Part shown: positions 1 through 8,651 of the stretch, piece by piece | Position numbering within the stretch: the stretch's first letter is position 1 | Layout of the letters: each line of letters begins with the position of its first letter | DNA from: Nitrososphaerota archaeon | GTDB lineage: Archaea > Thermoproteota > Nitrososphaeria > Nitrososphaerales > Nitrosopumilaceae | NCBI GenBank assembly: GCA_021325595.1 | Contig: JAJPGX010000001.1 | Span: 123,601-155,600 of the forward strand | Length of the DNA stretch: 32,000 nt | Reading direction: 5' to 3' | Notes under the pieces: model-generated | Seen by the model: only the letters and a program-made list of their open reading frames with translations | Database searches by the model: none | Told to the model about the DNA's origin: nothing | Translations under genes and position numbers: made by a program

Positions 1-803
1 TTCTTGGCACTTTCTGCACTTAGAACTCCGTTTATTGCATGTGGATATAGATACAACGCAAGAGCGCTTCCGAGAATAAGTGTAGAGTAAGCGGGAACTA
101 GAGCATCAGGTAGTGTAACATAATTTGCTTTTACATTTTTGAATACGTTATCAAATCCGCCAAGACTGACTGGTATGGCAATTATGACTGCAATTACAGT
201 TACCCAAACCAAAATGTCTTTGAATATGGCAGTAAGTGTGGCACCTCTTAATCCACTAGTATAGGTAAATGCTGCAAGTATGGTAAAAGAGACAAGGAGT
301 GCTATCTCTTGTACAACCTGTGCATTGGCAAAATCAGCAAGCATTACTGTCAAGACTGCTTGCATGCCGACTATCTGTAATGCAATGTAAGGTAACTCAG
401 CAACTATTCCTGTAATCGCAATCATAATTGCAAGTGTCTTGCTACTGAATCGATCCTTTACAAAGTCTGATGCAGTGATGTATCCTTTTTGATGTGCAAG
501 TGTCCACAGTTTTGGAACTGTAACCAATGCTATGCCAAAGGTCAACATAACATAAGGAATTGCAAAAAAATACAATGCACCTTTAGCAAAGACTCCTGAT
601 GGAATAGCTACAAAACTATATGCAGTATAAAGGTCAGCACCAATTAAGAAAAATACTAGAGTAGTTCCAAGCTTTTTTCCTGCAAGTGCCCACTCGTGTA
701 CGTGATTTAGGTTTCCTTTTCTCCAATATCTTCCATAAAATCCTAATATGATAAATGCAATAAACAGTGTGATAAATCCGATTGTTACATCTTGACCAAT
801 CAT
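1..803 (-). CDS. Sodium:solute symporter (SSS) family transporter, N-terminal ~267 aa; the rest lies beyond the left edge
   Basis: Own minus-strand translation from ATG 803..801: [30 protein letters not shown]...[23 protein letters not shown]... The frame stays open to position 1 and contains several TM helices in an SSS-like N-terminal pattern. Its ATG overlaps the stop of the upstream small ORF (ATGA at 800-803). It is absent from the ORF track because it is truncated. Confidence 0.7.
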   Translation of the reverse strand, partial: MIGQDVTIGFITLFIAFIILGFYGRYWRKGNLNHVHEWALAGKKLGTTLVFFLIGADLYTAYSFVAIPSGVFAKGALYFFAIPYVMLTFGIALVTVPKLWTLAHQKGYITASDFVKDRFSSKTLAIMIAITGIVAELPYIALQIVGMQAVLTVMLADFANAQVVQEIALLVSFTILAAFTYTSGLRGATLTAIFKDILVWVTVIAVIIAIPVSLGGFDNVFKNVKANYVTLPDALVPAYSTLILGSALALYLYPHAINGVLSAESAK

Positions 804-1006
804 TTCTCTTTACTCACTATTTTTGAAAATGTCAAATAGAATACAGGTGCTATGAAAAGCCATGCTATTTGGAACCAGTAGAAAAATGGTAAACCAAGAA
901 ATTCTGGTGCGGCCTTGTTGTATAATGGTACTGCTAGATTTATGATTGATGGAATCAAGATCAATAAAGCAAGAACAATGTGTTTCTTTTGAAAATACAT
1001 CGTCAT
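800..1006 (-). CDS. DUF3311-like two-TM mini-protein (typical small partner encoded upstream of SSS transporters)
   Basis: 68 aa with two hydrophobic helices and the motif [23 protein letters not shown], which matches the P-x-YN...G-x-PFFYWYQ signature I recall for DUF3311. ATGA overlaps occur at both ends (1003-1006 and 800-803). Confidence 0.6.
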   Translation of the reverse strand: MTMYFQKKHIVLALLILIPSIINLAVPLYNKAAPEFLGLPFFYWFQIAWLFIAPVFYLTFSKIVSKEK

Positions 1007-2568
1007 CTTGATTTTTCTGGTATGGATATAAGCATTGATGTATTTTTAGAAAAATTATCAGGTGCCTTGGTTTTCTTTTTACCTAAAGCAATCAAAAACA
1101 TACATTCCTTGCCTCGTGCATGAGGCGAAAAAAACTCGGTAACCAAATCATCATAAAAGGTTAGTCCTGTTGCACCTAAATCAAGTGCATATGCAGAAAG
1201 ATACATCCTGCCTCCTGATATTGCAGCATCAAGCTGAGCAATTCGGTAACCTCTATTTCCAAACTGTTCTAAAATTTTTTGAAGGTTTGTCATAAAGAAA
1301 ATCGTAACACTGGCATCATGGGGCAAATCTTGGTCTAAACCTAGATTTCCTGAAACATCCCTAAAGTTGCCTTTACGTAATACTTGTAACGCATTTTTTT
1401 CTTTGATGTAATGGTATGAGCCTGATTGTAATCCATCCACCGAATTTACAATCAAGTAAATGTCATTGAGGATGGTATTTTTTGGTAGTACGTCTGATTC
1501 AACGCCATTTGTAGATGTTTTAAGAATTGTGGATAGATGTCCCAAAGCTATGGATTCATGTGAAAACACTCGTGTGGACCCGCGTTTTATGATTGTCTGC
1601 TCTAGCATTTCATTTGACTTGACTTCATCTTCTAGTGTGACAAGTTCTACTCCGCCTTCTTGTGGTTTGATTATCTTTTTTCTCCATGCTGTAACCTCTG
1701 TAGGGTGTGCAAGCGACGATGCATCATGCATGGCATTGATCTCTTGATACTCTATGTCATTGTCTGATTCAATTGATTTGATATCGATTGGAGAAATCAT
1801 GGGCAAATTGGGTACTGATTTTTCAGTATATCCTATTGGAAGAACTACAAGTGAGGCCTCTTTTTTAGAATCTAAACCTAGTAGATTATTTACATGAGAA
1901 TCCACAAAACCTGTAATTATTTTGGATGAAAGGTTATGTGCCGATGTTATTGATAATGTATTGGCAAGGATTGTGCCGCAATCCCAAAACGCATGTCTGT
2001 ATTCCCTTGCTTGATACTTTATTGAGTTTCTTGCAAAGACATCGGTAAAAACAAGCACAACTGGAGCATGCCTTAATTCATCATGGGAAGTTGCATTAAG
2101 TAGGATCTCTCTAAAATCGCCTTTTCGTAATATGTCTAGTTTCATCTCTTTTGGCTCAAAGTGGTATATGCCAGCATCAAGGCCTGCGATATCACAACAC
2201 ACAACATAGATCTCAATATGATATAACGCACCAGTACATGATGCAGCTCTGAAATCAAACTCTCCTATCGGTGGTGGAAATTTTATCTTCTTGGTAATTC
2301 CTGCTGAAAAATAAAGAATTCTTGATAATGTGTAAAGATCAACTGTGTTTTTTACCAAGTCTGGGTTTGTAGAGATTGCATCAAGGGTAGATCTGCCTAC
2401 TGGTTTTCTATCTAAAATAAGATTGATTTTTTTTGTTCCTTTGTAAATTTTGTAAGGAGTTGGTCTTAGTGCTGCATAATATGTGTAAGACCTATTGAGC
2501 AGTTCTCCATTTGGATGCTTTGTACCGTTATGATAACGCCATGTTGCCTCGATATCTGAATTTTTCAT
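1003..2568 (-). CDS. SagB/ThcOx-type dehydrogenase with two tandem nitroreductase-fold domains
   Basis: 521 aa. The N-terminus TWRYHNGTKH matches the SagB-type YHxxTKH start. RAASCTGALYHIEIYVV...GIYHF in the first half and SGSYHY...RIAQLDAAISGGRMYLSAYALDLGATGLTFYDD in the second half match the nitroreductase/SagB pattern twice. Confidence 0.75.
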   Translation of the reverse strand: MKNSDIEATWRYHNGTKHPNGELLNRSYTYYAALRPTPYKIYKGTKKINLILDRKPVGRSTLDAISTNPDLVKNTVDLYTLSRILYFSAGITKKIKFPPPIGEFDFRAASCTGALYHIEIYVVCCDIAGLDAGIYHFEPKEMKLDILRKGDFREILLNATSHDELRHAPVVLVFTDVFARNSIKYQAREYRHAFWDCGTILANTLSITSAHNLSSKIITGFVDSHVNNLLGLDSKKEASLVVLPIGYTEKSVPNLPMISPIDIKSIESDNDIEYQEINAMHDASSLAHPTEVTAWRKKIIKPQEGGVELVTLEDEVKSNEMLEQTIIKRGSTRVFSHESIALGHLSTILKTSTNGVESDVLPKNTILNDIYLIVNSVDGLQSGSYHYIKEKNALQVLRKGNFRDVSGNLGLDQDLPHDASVTIFFMTNLQKILEQFGNRGYRIAQLDAAISGGRMYLSAYALDLGATGLTFYDDLVTEFFSPHARGKECMFLIALGKKKTKAPDNFSKNTSMLISIPEKSR

Positions 2569-2653
2569 AATAGATGAATATCCACAGTATCAGTAAAAGC
2601 ATTGTGAAGCAAATGTATCTCAAAATGAATTCTGTAAAGCAGAAGATTATTAC

Positions 2654-3055
2654 ATGTTAGACAAATCACTTTCACACATGGAGCATGAAGAAATACTTGA
2701 GAAACTTACTTCCCTGCTGAATCAGAAATATTCTCTTCATATAGACAATATCCAATATCCAATACAAGTGACCTCTTTTTCCAAGTCTAAAGTTCCAGTA
2801 AGAAAACCTACCACAAGAGGTGGGGTGTATTTTACCGATACTACTGCATTTAAAATTAAAGCAAGAACGGATCTATCCATAAAAAATCAAATCCCACGTC
2901 TTATGCTTGGGCCTAATGCAGATTTCAAGCCAATTTTAATTAAAACTCTACAAAATGATATGCAGATTACACTTACTACACACCTAACCAACGCAGTTAG
3001 CAGTAAGGATGGAATTGAGCTTAATCTCATTGTTGACAAGGTATCTGTCAATTAA
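2654..3055 (+). CDS. Hypothetical protein (133 aa)
   Basis: ATG-initiated ORF diverging from the nitroreductase gene. No motif recognised and no competing ORF. Confidence 0.45.
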   Translation: MLDKSLSHMEHEEILEKLTSLLNQKYSLHIDNIQYPIQVTSFSKSKVPVRKPTTRGGVYFTDTTAFKIKARTDLSIKNQIPRLMLGPNADFKPILIKTLQNDMQITLTTHLTNAVSSKDGIELNLIVDKVSVN

Positions 3056-3098
3056 AAACTAAAAACCATCTTATACTTGTCATTTAAGACAACAATAG

Positions 3099-4499
3099 TT
3101 GAAAAAATCATTTGCAATAATACTTGGTATCTTATCACTTGCTGTGGTACAACCAAGCTTTGCACAGACAGAACCATCTGGATTTACAAACCCCATTAAT
3201 ATTAGTAACAACACAGGAAACTCTACAAACCCGCAAATGGTGTTTTCTGGAAATTCTGTATATGTAACATGGATTAATACTATATCTGGAACACCGTCTA
3301 TCTTTTTTACAAAAAGCACTGATGGAGGAGGTTCCTTTGGAAAACCAATAGATCTTGGAATGGCAAGTTCCGGGGACTATGGGTTGCCATCTATCTCACA
3401 CCAAGGTAGTAATGTCTACATTGCATGGCAGGGATTTGTCTCTGGAAACCCGATTATCTATTTTTCAAAAAGTAGCGATGATGGAGTCACATTTGAAAAA
3501 CCGCTCATACTTAGCGATAAATCCAAAAACTCTGCTTTTCCACAGATTGTTTCATCTACAAATCATGTTTATGTTACATGGATAGAAAAAGCAGAAGATG
3601 ATTCTACAAACATAGTGTTTACAAAAAGTGATGATTCTGGAAACTCGTTTGTAGCACCAATGAGCATAACCTCAAGCAAGGGAAATGTCGGCATACCAAA
3701 ACTTGCATCTGATGGGAATAACGTCTATCTTTTGTGGGAAGATAACAGCAAGGGTGGATACGAAATAATGTTGGCAAGAAGTACCGATTCAGGTTCTACT
3801 TTTGCAACTCCTGTGAACATCAGTAACAACTCTGGCTCTTCTGGCGCTCCACAGTTAGTTGTAATGAAAAACAAAATCTATGTTGTATGGATGGATGATA
3901 CCAGTAAAAATTACGAAATATACTTTGCAAAAAGTGATGACTCGGGTGTTTCTTTTAGTAAACCACTTGATGTAAGCAATACATCTGGTGATTCTGGATA
4001 TGCTCAACTTGATGTATCTGGTGTAAATGTATATGTTGTTTGGACCGAAACAATCTCGAACACAAACTATGACATCATGTTTGCGAAAAGCTCCAACGAT
4101 GGAACATCCTTTGAAAAACCTGTAAACCTAAGCAAGAGTACTGGCGCATCAGGTTGGCCGCAAATCATGGCAGAAAATAATGATATCTATGTAAGCTGGG
4201 TAGACAACACCCATGGAAATTTTGACATCTATATTACAAAAAGTCCAGACGGAGGAACTACTTTTGTAAAACCAATAGATGTCAGCAATACAAAAGACGA
4301 ATCATACTATAACCAGATGGCAATTACACCAAGTGCGGCATACATGGTGTGGCAGGAAGCAAATCAAGGAAACCATGACATCATGTTTGTAAAGAGTGCG
4401 ATATTTGTACCTGAATTTGGCTCTATTGCATCTATAGTTCTTACGATATCAGTCTTTACAATAGTGATAATGTCAGCCAGAGCCAGACTGAGGCTATGA
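3099..4499 (+). CDS. Secreted BNR/Asp-box repeat (sialidase-like beta-propeller) protein with PEFG-CTERM sorting signal
   Basis: TTG start directly after an in-frame TAG (3096-3098), followed by signal peptide KKSFAIILGILSLAVVQPSFAQT. Seven S-x-D-x-G-x-(S/T)-F boxes sit at aa 73, 125, 177, 228, 279, 331 and 382. The C-terminus is VPEFG, then a hydrophobic helix, then RARLRL. Confidence 0.88.
   Translation: MKKSFAIILGILSLAVVQPSFAQTEPSGFTNPINISNNTGNSTNPQMVFSGNSVYVTWINTISGTPSIFFTKSTDGGGSFGKPIDLGMASSGDYGLPSISHQGSNVYIAWQGFVSGNPIIYFSKSSDDGVTFEKPLILSDKSKNSAFPQIVSSTNHVYVTWIEKAEDDSTNIVFTKSDDSGNSFVAPMSITSSKGNVGIPKLASDGNNVYLLWEDNSKGGYEIMLARSTDSGSTFATPVNISNNSGSSGAPQLVVMKNKIYVVWMDDTSKNYEIYFAKSDDSGVSFSKPLDVSNTSGDSGYAQLDVSGVNVYVVWTETISNTNYDIMFAKSSNDGTSFEKPVNLSKSTGASGWPQIMAENNDIYVSWVDNTHGNFDIYITKSPDGGTTFVKPIDVSNTKDESYYNQMAITPSAAYMVWQEANQGNHDIMFVKSAIFVPEFGSIASIVLTISVFTIVIMSARARLRL
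3231..4397 (+). repeat. Seven full plus one truncated tandem protein-level repeats (~51-52 aa, ~155 nt) forming the propeller blades
   Basis: The recurring unit is (V/I)Y(V/I)xW...(D/E)I.F.KS.D.G.(S/T)F..P..(L/V/I)S. At DNA level it shows as tttacaaaaagc / ttttcaaaaagt / tttacaaaaagt / tttgcaaaaagt / tttgcgaaaagc / attacaaaaagt / tttgtaaagagt. Confidence 0.85.
4410..4496 (+). other. PEFG-CTERM tripartite sorting signal (PEFG motif, TM helix, basic tail)
   Basis: PEFGSIASIVLTISVFTIVIMSARARLRL at the extreme C-terminus. This signal class is, to my knowledge, restricted to Thaumarchaeota and thought to be processed by an archaeosortase. Confidence 0.8.
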
Positions 4500-4892
4500 T
4501 TCTCTTTCAAGAAACTCGATTAGACCACACTTTGTTTTGATGTTAAGATCCACAAATGCAATCAGCCTTTCATCAAATCCCTTTACTGGTTTTACCAATA
4601 CTGTGGCTCCTTTTTCTGCCATTGTTTCTAATTTCTTGTAGATGTCATCTACCTCAAAGCAAAGATGGTGAACTCCACCGCCACGTTTTGCAAATTCACT
4701 AATTGGGGAATTTTCTGCTGCAGACTCTATCAACTCTAAAAATGGCTCGCCAATTTTTAAAAAACAGACATTAACTTTTTGGCTTTCTACTGGAAAAGTG
4801 GTACTGATTGTTTCAAACTTGAAAAAACTACCCAACTCGCCTATCGATCTCTGAATGTTATCCACTACGACTCCTATGTGGTGTAGTTTCAT
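4494..4892 (-). CDS. Methylmalonyl-CoA epimerase-like VOC (glyoxalase fold) protein
   Basis: 132 aa. HHIGVVVDN...VNVCFLKIGEPFLELIE...GGGVHHLCFEVDDI...GLIEFLE fits the MCE pattern (H-x-G ... ELIEP ... G-G-x-HH-x-x-F-x-V-x-D ... IEL). Other VOC functions are not excluded. Confidence 0.65.
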   Translation of the reverse strand: MKLHHIGVVVDNIQRSIGELGSFFKFETISTTFPVESQKVNVCFLKIGEPFLELIESAAENSPISEFAKRGGGVHHLCFEVDDIYKKLETMAEKGATVLVKPVKGFDERLIAFVDLNIKTKCGLIEFLERES

Positions 4893-4942
4893 ATCATGAC
4901 ACCAAATTACGCATACAAAATCTTTGTTAATTTTATATTGGC

Positions 4943-6058
4943 ATGAAAATCACAAAAGCCGTGCTTGAAAATCTAATAAAGGAATCAAAGGCACTTGAAA
5001 AAGCCATTGCAGGCGAGGAATTGACATATGACGACGGTATTGAATTAATGTCATATGATAACCTGTATGCGCTAGGTGCGGTAGCAGACCTTGTTAGAAC
5101 TAGACAGGTAGGAAACAGAGTAACATTTGCTGCATCATATTATCTAAATTACACTAATGTCTGTGCAGCAAGCTGCCAGATGTGTGCATTTTACAGAAAA
5201 GGAAACGAGAGCGATGCATACACATTATCTGCAAAAGATATCGAAGCAAGAGTAGGTAAAGCCAAAGAGATGGGTGCCACTGAGGTCCACATTGTGGGAG
5301 GTTTTCATCCTGACTTGCCACTTGAATATTATGAGGATATGTTTAGAGCCATAAAACAAAGTCATCCTGAAATGCACGTCAAGGCACTAACCGCTGCTGA
5401 GATATTCTTTCTTTCAAAATTGACCAAGAATTCAGTAAAAGAAGTGTTGACTAGACTAAAAGCAGCAGGTCTTGATTCAATGCCTGGTGGAGGTGCTGAA
5501 CTATTTCATCCTGAAATTAGAAATAAAATTGTACGTGGAAAATGCTCAGGCCAAGAATGGCTTGACACAATTGAACAAGCACACAATCTTGGAATAAAAA
5601 GCAACGCAACAATGCTTTTTGGACATATTGAAAAGCCAGAACATATCGTTGATCATCTGATAAAATTACGTGAAGTGCAAAAAAGAACCAAAGGCTTTCT
5701 TACGTTTATTCCACTAAAGTTCAGCTTGGAAAATACGGAATTGGAACAGGAGAAGCTGGTAACAAATGAGAGTCCATCTACTTATGATCTGAGAGTTATT
5801 GCAGTATCAAGGCTATTGCTTGCACGACAATTGGATAATATCTCTGTCTACTGGGTTGCACTTGGAAAAAAACTTGCTCAGGTAGCCCTTACCTATGGAG
5901 GAAACGACCTTGTCGGAACTGCATTTTCTGAAGAAATCTACAAGGCAGCAGGAAAAGGAACCAACTCGTCAATACTTGAGCTTGCCAATATGATAAAGGA
6001 GATTGGGCGCGAAGCAGCACAACGAGATACGTTTTTCAACATAATCAAGACGTTTTAG
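4943..6058 (+). CDS. Radical-SAM menaquinone (futalosine pathway) enzyme, MqnE/MqnC family (aminofutalosine synthase-like)
   Basis: 371 aa with the Cx3Cx2C cluster NYTNVCAASCQMCAF. GGGAELF, NATMLFGHIE and KGFLTFIPLKF resemble the MqnE/MqnC/CofH group, and the FIPL variant leans towards MqnE. An MqnD-like gene lies nearby. Confidence 0.75.
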   Translation: MKITKAVLENLIKESKALEKAIAGEELTYDDGIELMSYDNLYALGAVADLVRTRQVGNRVTFAASYYLNYTNVCAASCQMCAFYRKGNESDAYTLSAKDIEARVGKAKEMGATEVHIVGGFHPDLPLEYYEDMFRAIKQSHPEMHVKALTAAEIFFLSKLTKNSVKEVLTRLKAAGLDSMPGGGAELFHPEIRNKIVRGKCSGQEWLDTIEQAHNLGIKSNATMLFGHIEKPEHIVDHLIKLREVQKRTKGFLTFIPLKFSLENTELEQEKLVTNESPSTYDLRVIAVSRLLLARQLDNISVYWVALGKKLAQVALTYGGNDLVGTAFSEEIYKAAGKGTNSSILELANMIKEIGREAAQRDTFFNIIKTF

Positions 6059-6086
6059 TTTTATTTCTAAATAAAAAAGAGACAGC

Positions 6087-6227
6087 CTATCTCAGAAAGA
6101 TGGCTGCCGTAATGCCTGCTCCAATCATAGCGCCAAGACCCAAAAATGCCAAGTCAAAGGCAATCACTTTCTTAAATGGAGCAACTACATGGCCCTCCCA
6201 ATGTGGAGGTAATAGTCTTGATTTCAT
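6087..6227 (-). CDS. Candidate 46-aa tail-anchored membrane peptide (below ORF-track cutoff)
   Basis: Own translation: MKSRLLPPHWEGHVVAPFKKVIAFDLAFLGLGAMIGAGITAAIFLR. It has an ATG start, a TAG stop and a Gly/Ala-rich C-terminal TM helix. No other support. Confidence 0.3.
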   Translation of the reverse strand: MKSRLLPPHWEGHVVAPFKKVIAFDLAFLGLGAMIGAGITAAIFLR

Positions 6228-6431
6228 GATGTATCTACATCAAACCACTTGATAGATTCATGTCAGCTACTAGTATGATGCATAAGCTAAAAAGCTTATT
6301 AGGGTATAATATCAAACAGGTGCAAAAAGTACGAGTAGATAAGACTTGCTTATGATACATATGTCACCGCTATAATTTTTGCTTATCCTAAATACGCTAT
6401 CGTTATAATTTTTGTAAAAATCAATTCCATC

Positions 6432-6524
6432 ATGCGTCAAGACAACCACGCACCTTTTCAGGAAATAACTGATGAAGAATCTGACGAGTGGGGAATTGAA
6501 GAAGATGAGTGGGGTTTAATGTGA
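6432..6524 (+). CDS. Candidate 30-aa acidic micro-protein with duplicated DEWG motif
   Basis: Own translation: MRQDNHAPFQEITDEESDEWGIEEDEWGLM. A TATA-like 11-mer tataatttttg (6404-6414) is centred ~24 nt upstream of the ATG, the spacing expected for a leaderless transcript. Very short, so speculative. Confidence 0.2.
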   Translation: MRQDNHAPFQEITDEESDEWGIEEDEWGLM

Positions 6525-6803
6525 TCAACTTTGAGTAGGTTTCTGAGTAATTGACTTACCCACTCCGCCTTTATTTCTGCGTTTTAGTCCTACACTGATT
6601 AATGCTATGAAAAAACCAATTCCTGCAACCATTGCTGCAATGTTTTTGAGTCCTACGTTTAACGCCAAATCTTGGTAGAACTGGCTTGTTTCATCCTCGG
6701 TCATGTTGGGTTTTCCAGCAGGCTCTGTGTTGTTAAAGTATGCCCATGTTAGAAGACCTGAAACAAGCATTGCAACACCTAGCGCCAAGATTCGCTTGTC
6801 CAT
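6525..6803 (-). CDS. Hypothetical membrane protein (92 aa, two TM helices, basic C-terminal tail)
   Basis: ATG start, with TM segments ILALGVAMLVSGLLTWAYF and IAAMVAGIGFFIALISVGL. No recognised family. Confidence 0.55.
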   Translation of the reverse strand: MDKRILALGVAMLVSGLLTWAYFNNTEPAGKPNMTEDETSQFYQDLALNVGLKNIAAMVAGIGFFIALISVGLKRRNKGGVGKSITQKPTQS

Positions 6804-6834
6804 AAATTTAATTGAAAATTAGTACTAATTAACA

Positions 6835-7656
6835 TTAGGCAATTCTAAGATCAAACTCTGGAACAAACCCTTTCTCAATTCCAAATTGAAACAAAGTTCG
6901 TATTGCATGTTCACCAAGAGTTCCCATCTCAATTGTTACATCATTTACATACATCCTGACAAACTTTTCAATCAATTCCTTTGACTGGCCTCTTCCATAT
7001 TGCATGGCATAATCTACTGCATCACTTACCCGCGCCATTCCATATACTACGGATTCACGAAAGAAATTATCAAACTCTTTGATTGTCTCAATCCCAAATT
7101 TGTTACTCATTACATTAACTCCAAGGGGTACGGGTAACCCACCTGTGCTTCCATACCACCATGTTCCTACATCTAATATCTTGATTAGATTTTTTTGTAC
7201 ATATGTAATCTGACCTTCATGTATGACTAGTCCAGCATCTACCTTGCCTTCTGCAACCGCATCTGGAATATCACTAAATTTCATTTCTACAAACTCAAAC
7301 TTTCCAATCATCAATTCAAGCAACAGAAAAGCTGATGTAAGTTTTCCAGGAATTGCTATCTTTGCATGTTTTAATTTTTCAGGAGAAAGATTTTGTTTTG
7401 CAACCACAATAGGACCATACCCCTTTCCAAAACTTCCTCCTGTTCGCAGTATGGTGTAATCTTTGATGTACGCACATGCATGAGCTGAAACTGCGGTGAC
7501 ATCAAGCTCGTGGTTTAACGCTCGCTTGTTTAACGCTTCGATGTCTTCTACTACGTGATTTATTGTAAAATGTGGAGATTTGACTTTGCCAGTTAGCATT
7601 CCGTAAAACATGAATGCATCATCCGCATCTGGTGTATGTCCTACTGTAATCTCCAT
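6835..7656 (-). CDS. MqnA/MqnD family menaquinone biosynthesis protein (1,4-dihydroxy-6-naphthoate synthase-like)
   Basis: MEITVGHTPDADDAFMFYGML... parallels the MqnD N-terminus (GxSPCPNDTFxFxAL). DIEALNKRAL...DVTAVS and GGSFGKGYGPIVVA also fit. I start at ATG 7656, because the track start at 7689 adds an implausible MIFIIGIKINS extension. Confidence 0.6.
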   Translation of the reverse strand: MEITVGHTPDADDAFMFYGMLTGKVKSPHFTINHVVEDIEALNKRALNHELDVTAVSAHACAYIKDYTILRTGGSFGKGYGPIVVAKQNLSPEKLKHAKIAIPGKLTSAFLLLELMIGKFEFVEMKFSDIPDAVAEGKVDAGLVIHEGQITYVQKNLIKILDVGTWWYGSTGGLPVPLGVNVMSNKFGIETIKEFDNFFRESVVYGMARVSDAVDYAMQYGRGQSKELIEKFVRMYVNDVTIEMGTLGEHAIRTLFQFGIEKGFVPEFDLRIA

Positions 7657-7729
7657 AGAATTGATTTTTATGCCTATTATAAAAATCAAAGTCGTGTCAA
7701 CTATTGCTGCATTTGAAAAAGAGATAAAA

Positions 7730-8596
7730 ATGCAGATAAAATTTGTAAAAAATTTTATCCCGCTACAACCTATTCCTAAACAAAATCAAATAATATTTTG
7801 CGGAACTGGGGATTCATTTGTATCTGCAAAACTTGGTGAAGTTTTCTCAGACTTTAAAATACAAGCGTTCGATCCACTTGAATTGCTTGCAAACAAAAAA
7901 CTATTGAGAAAAAAGAAACTCTATTTGATATCTATATCAGGAAATACGATATCCAACATTAAACTTGCAAAGGCATATCGCAATACCGTAGCAATAACTG
8001 CAAACAAGCAAAGCAGGCTTGCAAAAAAATGCAATGGTATCATACCGCTAAATTTTGAAAATACTGCAATCCAGACTGCAGGAAGTATAAGCTTTCTTGC
8101 AAGCGCACTTACATGTATCTCACTTGTAACTAGATTTTCGCTAAAAGATGCCCATTACCTGTTTTGTATGGCAGACAGGATGGCAAAAAAGATCTCACTT
8201 TCTGGAACAGTCTTTGTTCTTGGTAATTATTGGAGCTATCCTGTTGCAATGTATTGTGTTGCCAAGTTGTACGAAACACTTGGACTTGATGCACATTATG
8301 AACGAATTGAAGAATTTTCTCACATGGGATTGTTTTCCTGTAAAAAAGGAGACACCATACTAGTATTTGAAAAAAAGAATTCGCACAACCAAAAACTCTT
8401 GGCAGGTCTAAAACGATACGGTCTTAATGCCATGAGAATAGATCCACCAAGCTTGAACAAGTTTAATCAAGTTTTGTTTTTTATTTTTGTCTCACAGCTT
8501 TTGGCATTATATTCTGCAAAAAAGAAACGAAAAAAAGATTGTTTTTTTGTAGAACAAAAAAAGTTACGTGATACAAGCTCAGCTATGATCTATTGA
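7730..8596 (+). CDS. Two-lobed SIS (sugar isomerase) domain protein, GlmS-C/AgaS/FrlB-like
   Basis: IIFCGTGDSFVSAKL and LYLISISGNTISN are SIS signatures (G-x-G-x-S ... S-x-S-G-x-T), and a second lobe begins at VFVLGNYWSYPVAMYCVAKLYE. I start at ATG 7730, because the track start at 7610 overlaps the divergent mqnD-like gene. Confidence 0.6.
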   Translation: MQIKFVKNFIPLQPIPKQNQIIFCGTGDSFVSAKLGEVFSDFKIQAFDPLELLANKKLLRKKKLYLISISGNTISNIKLAKAYRNTVAITANKQSRLAKKCNGIIPLNFENTAIQTAGSISFLASALTCISLVTRFSLKDAHYLFCMADRMAKKISLSGTVFVLGNYWSYPVAMYCVAKLYETLGLDAHYERIEEFSHMGLFSCKKGDTILVFEKKNSHNQKLLAGLKRYGLNAMRIDPPSLNKFNQVLFFIFVSQLLALYSAKKKRKKDCFFVEQKKLRDTSSAMIY

Positions 8597-8616
8597 TGCC
8601 ATAATTCTTCTAAACG

Positions 8617-8623
8617 TTTAATA
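8617..8623 (+). promoter_or_regulatory. Candidate TATA box for the EF-2 gene
   Basis: tttaata is centred ~32 nt upstream of ATG 8652, which would give a very short or absent leader. AT-rich background makes this weak. Confidence 0.25.
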
Positions 8624-8651
8624 GCCGCTAGAAAAGGATTTTTGCTAAACC

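Noticed and set aside
1003-2568. SagB-type dehydrogenase as a marker of a thiazole/oxazole RiPP (TOMM) cluster.
   Set aside because: No YcaO cyclodehydratase, E1-like partner or Cys/Ser/Thr-rich precursor ORF is visible on either side. The gene is instead coupled to a transporter, so a RiPP cluster is not supported within this window.
7610-7729. Track-proposed 5' extensions of the SIS gene (start 7610) and the MqnD-like gene (start 7689), which make the divergent genes overlap by 80 nt.
   Set aside because: The extensions encode low-complexity sequence with no homology-like pattern. The internal ATGs at 7730 and 7656 give canonical N-termini and a normal 73-bp divergent promoter region.
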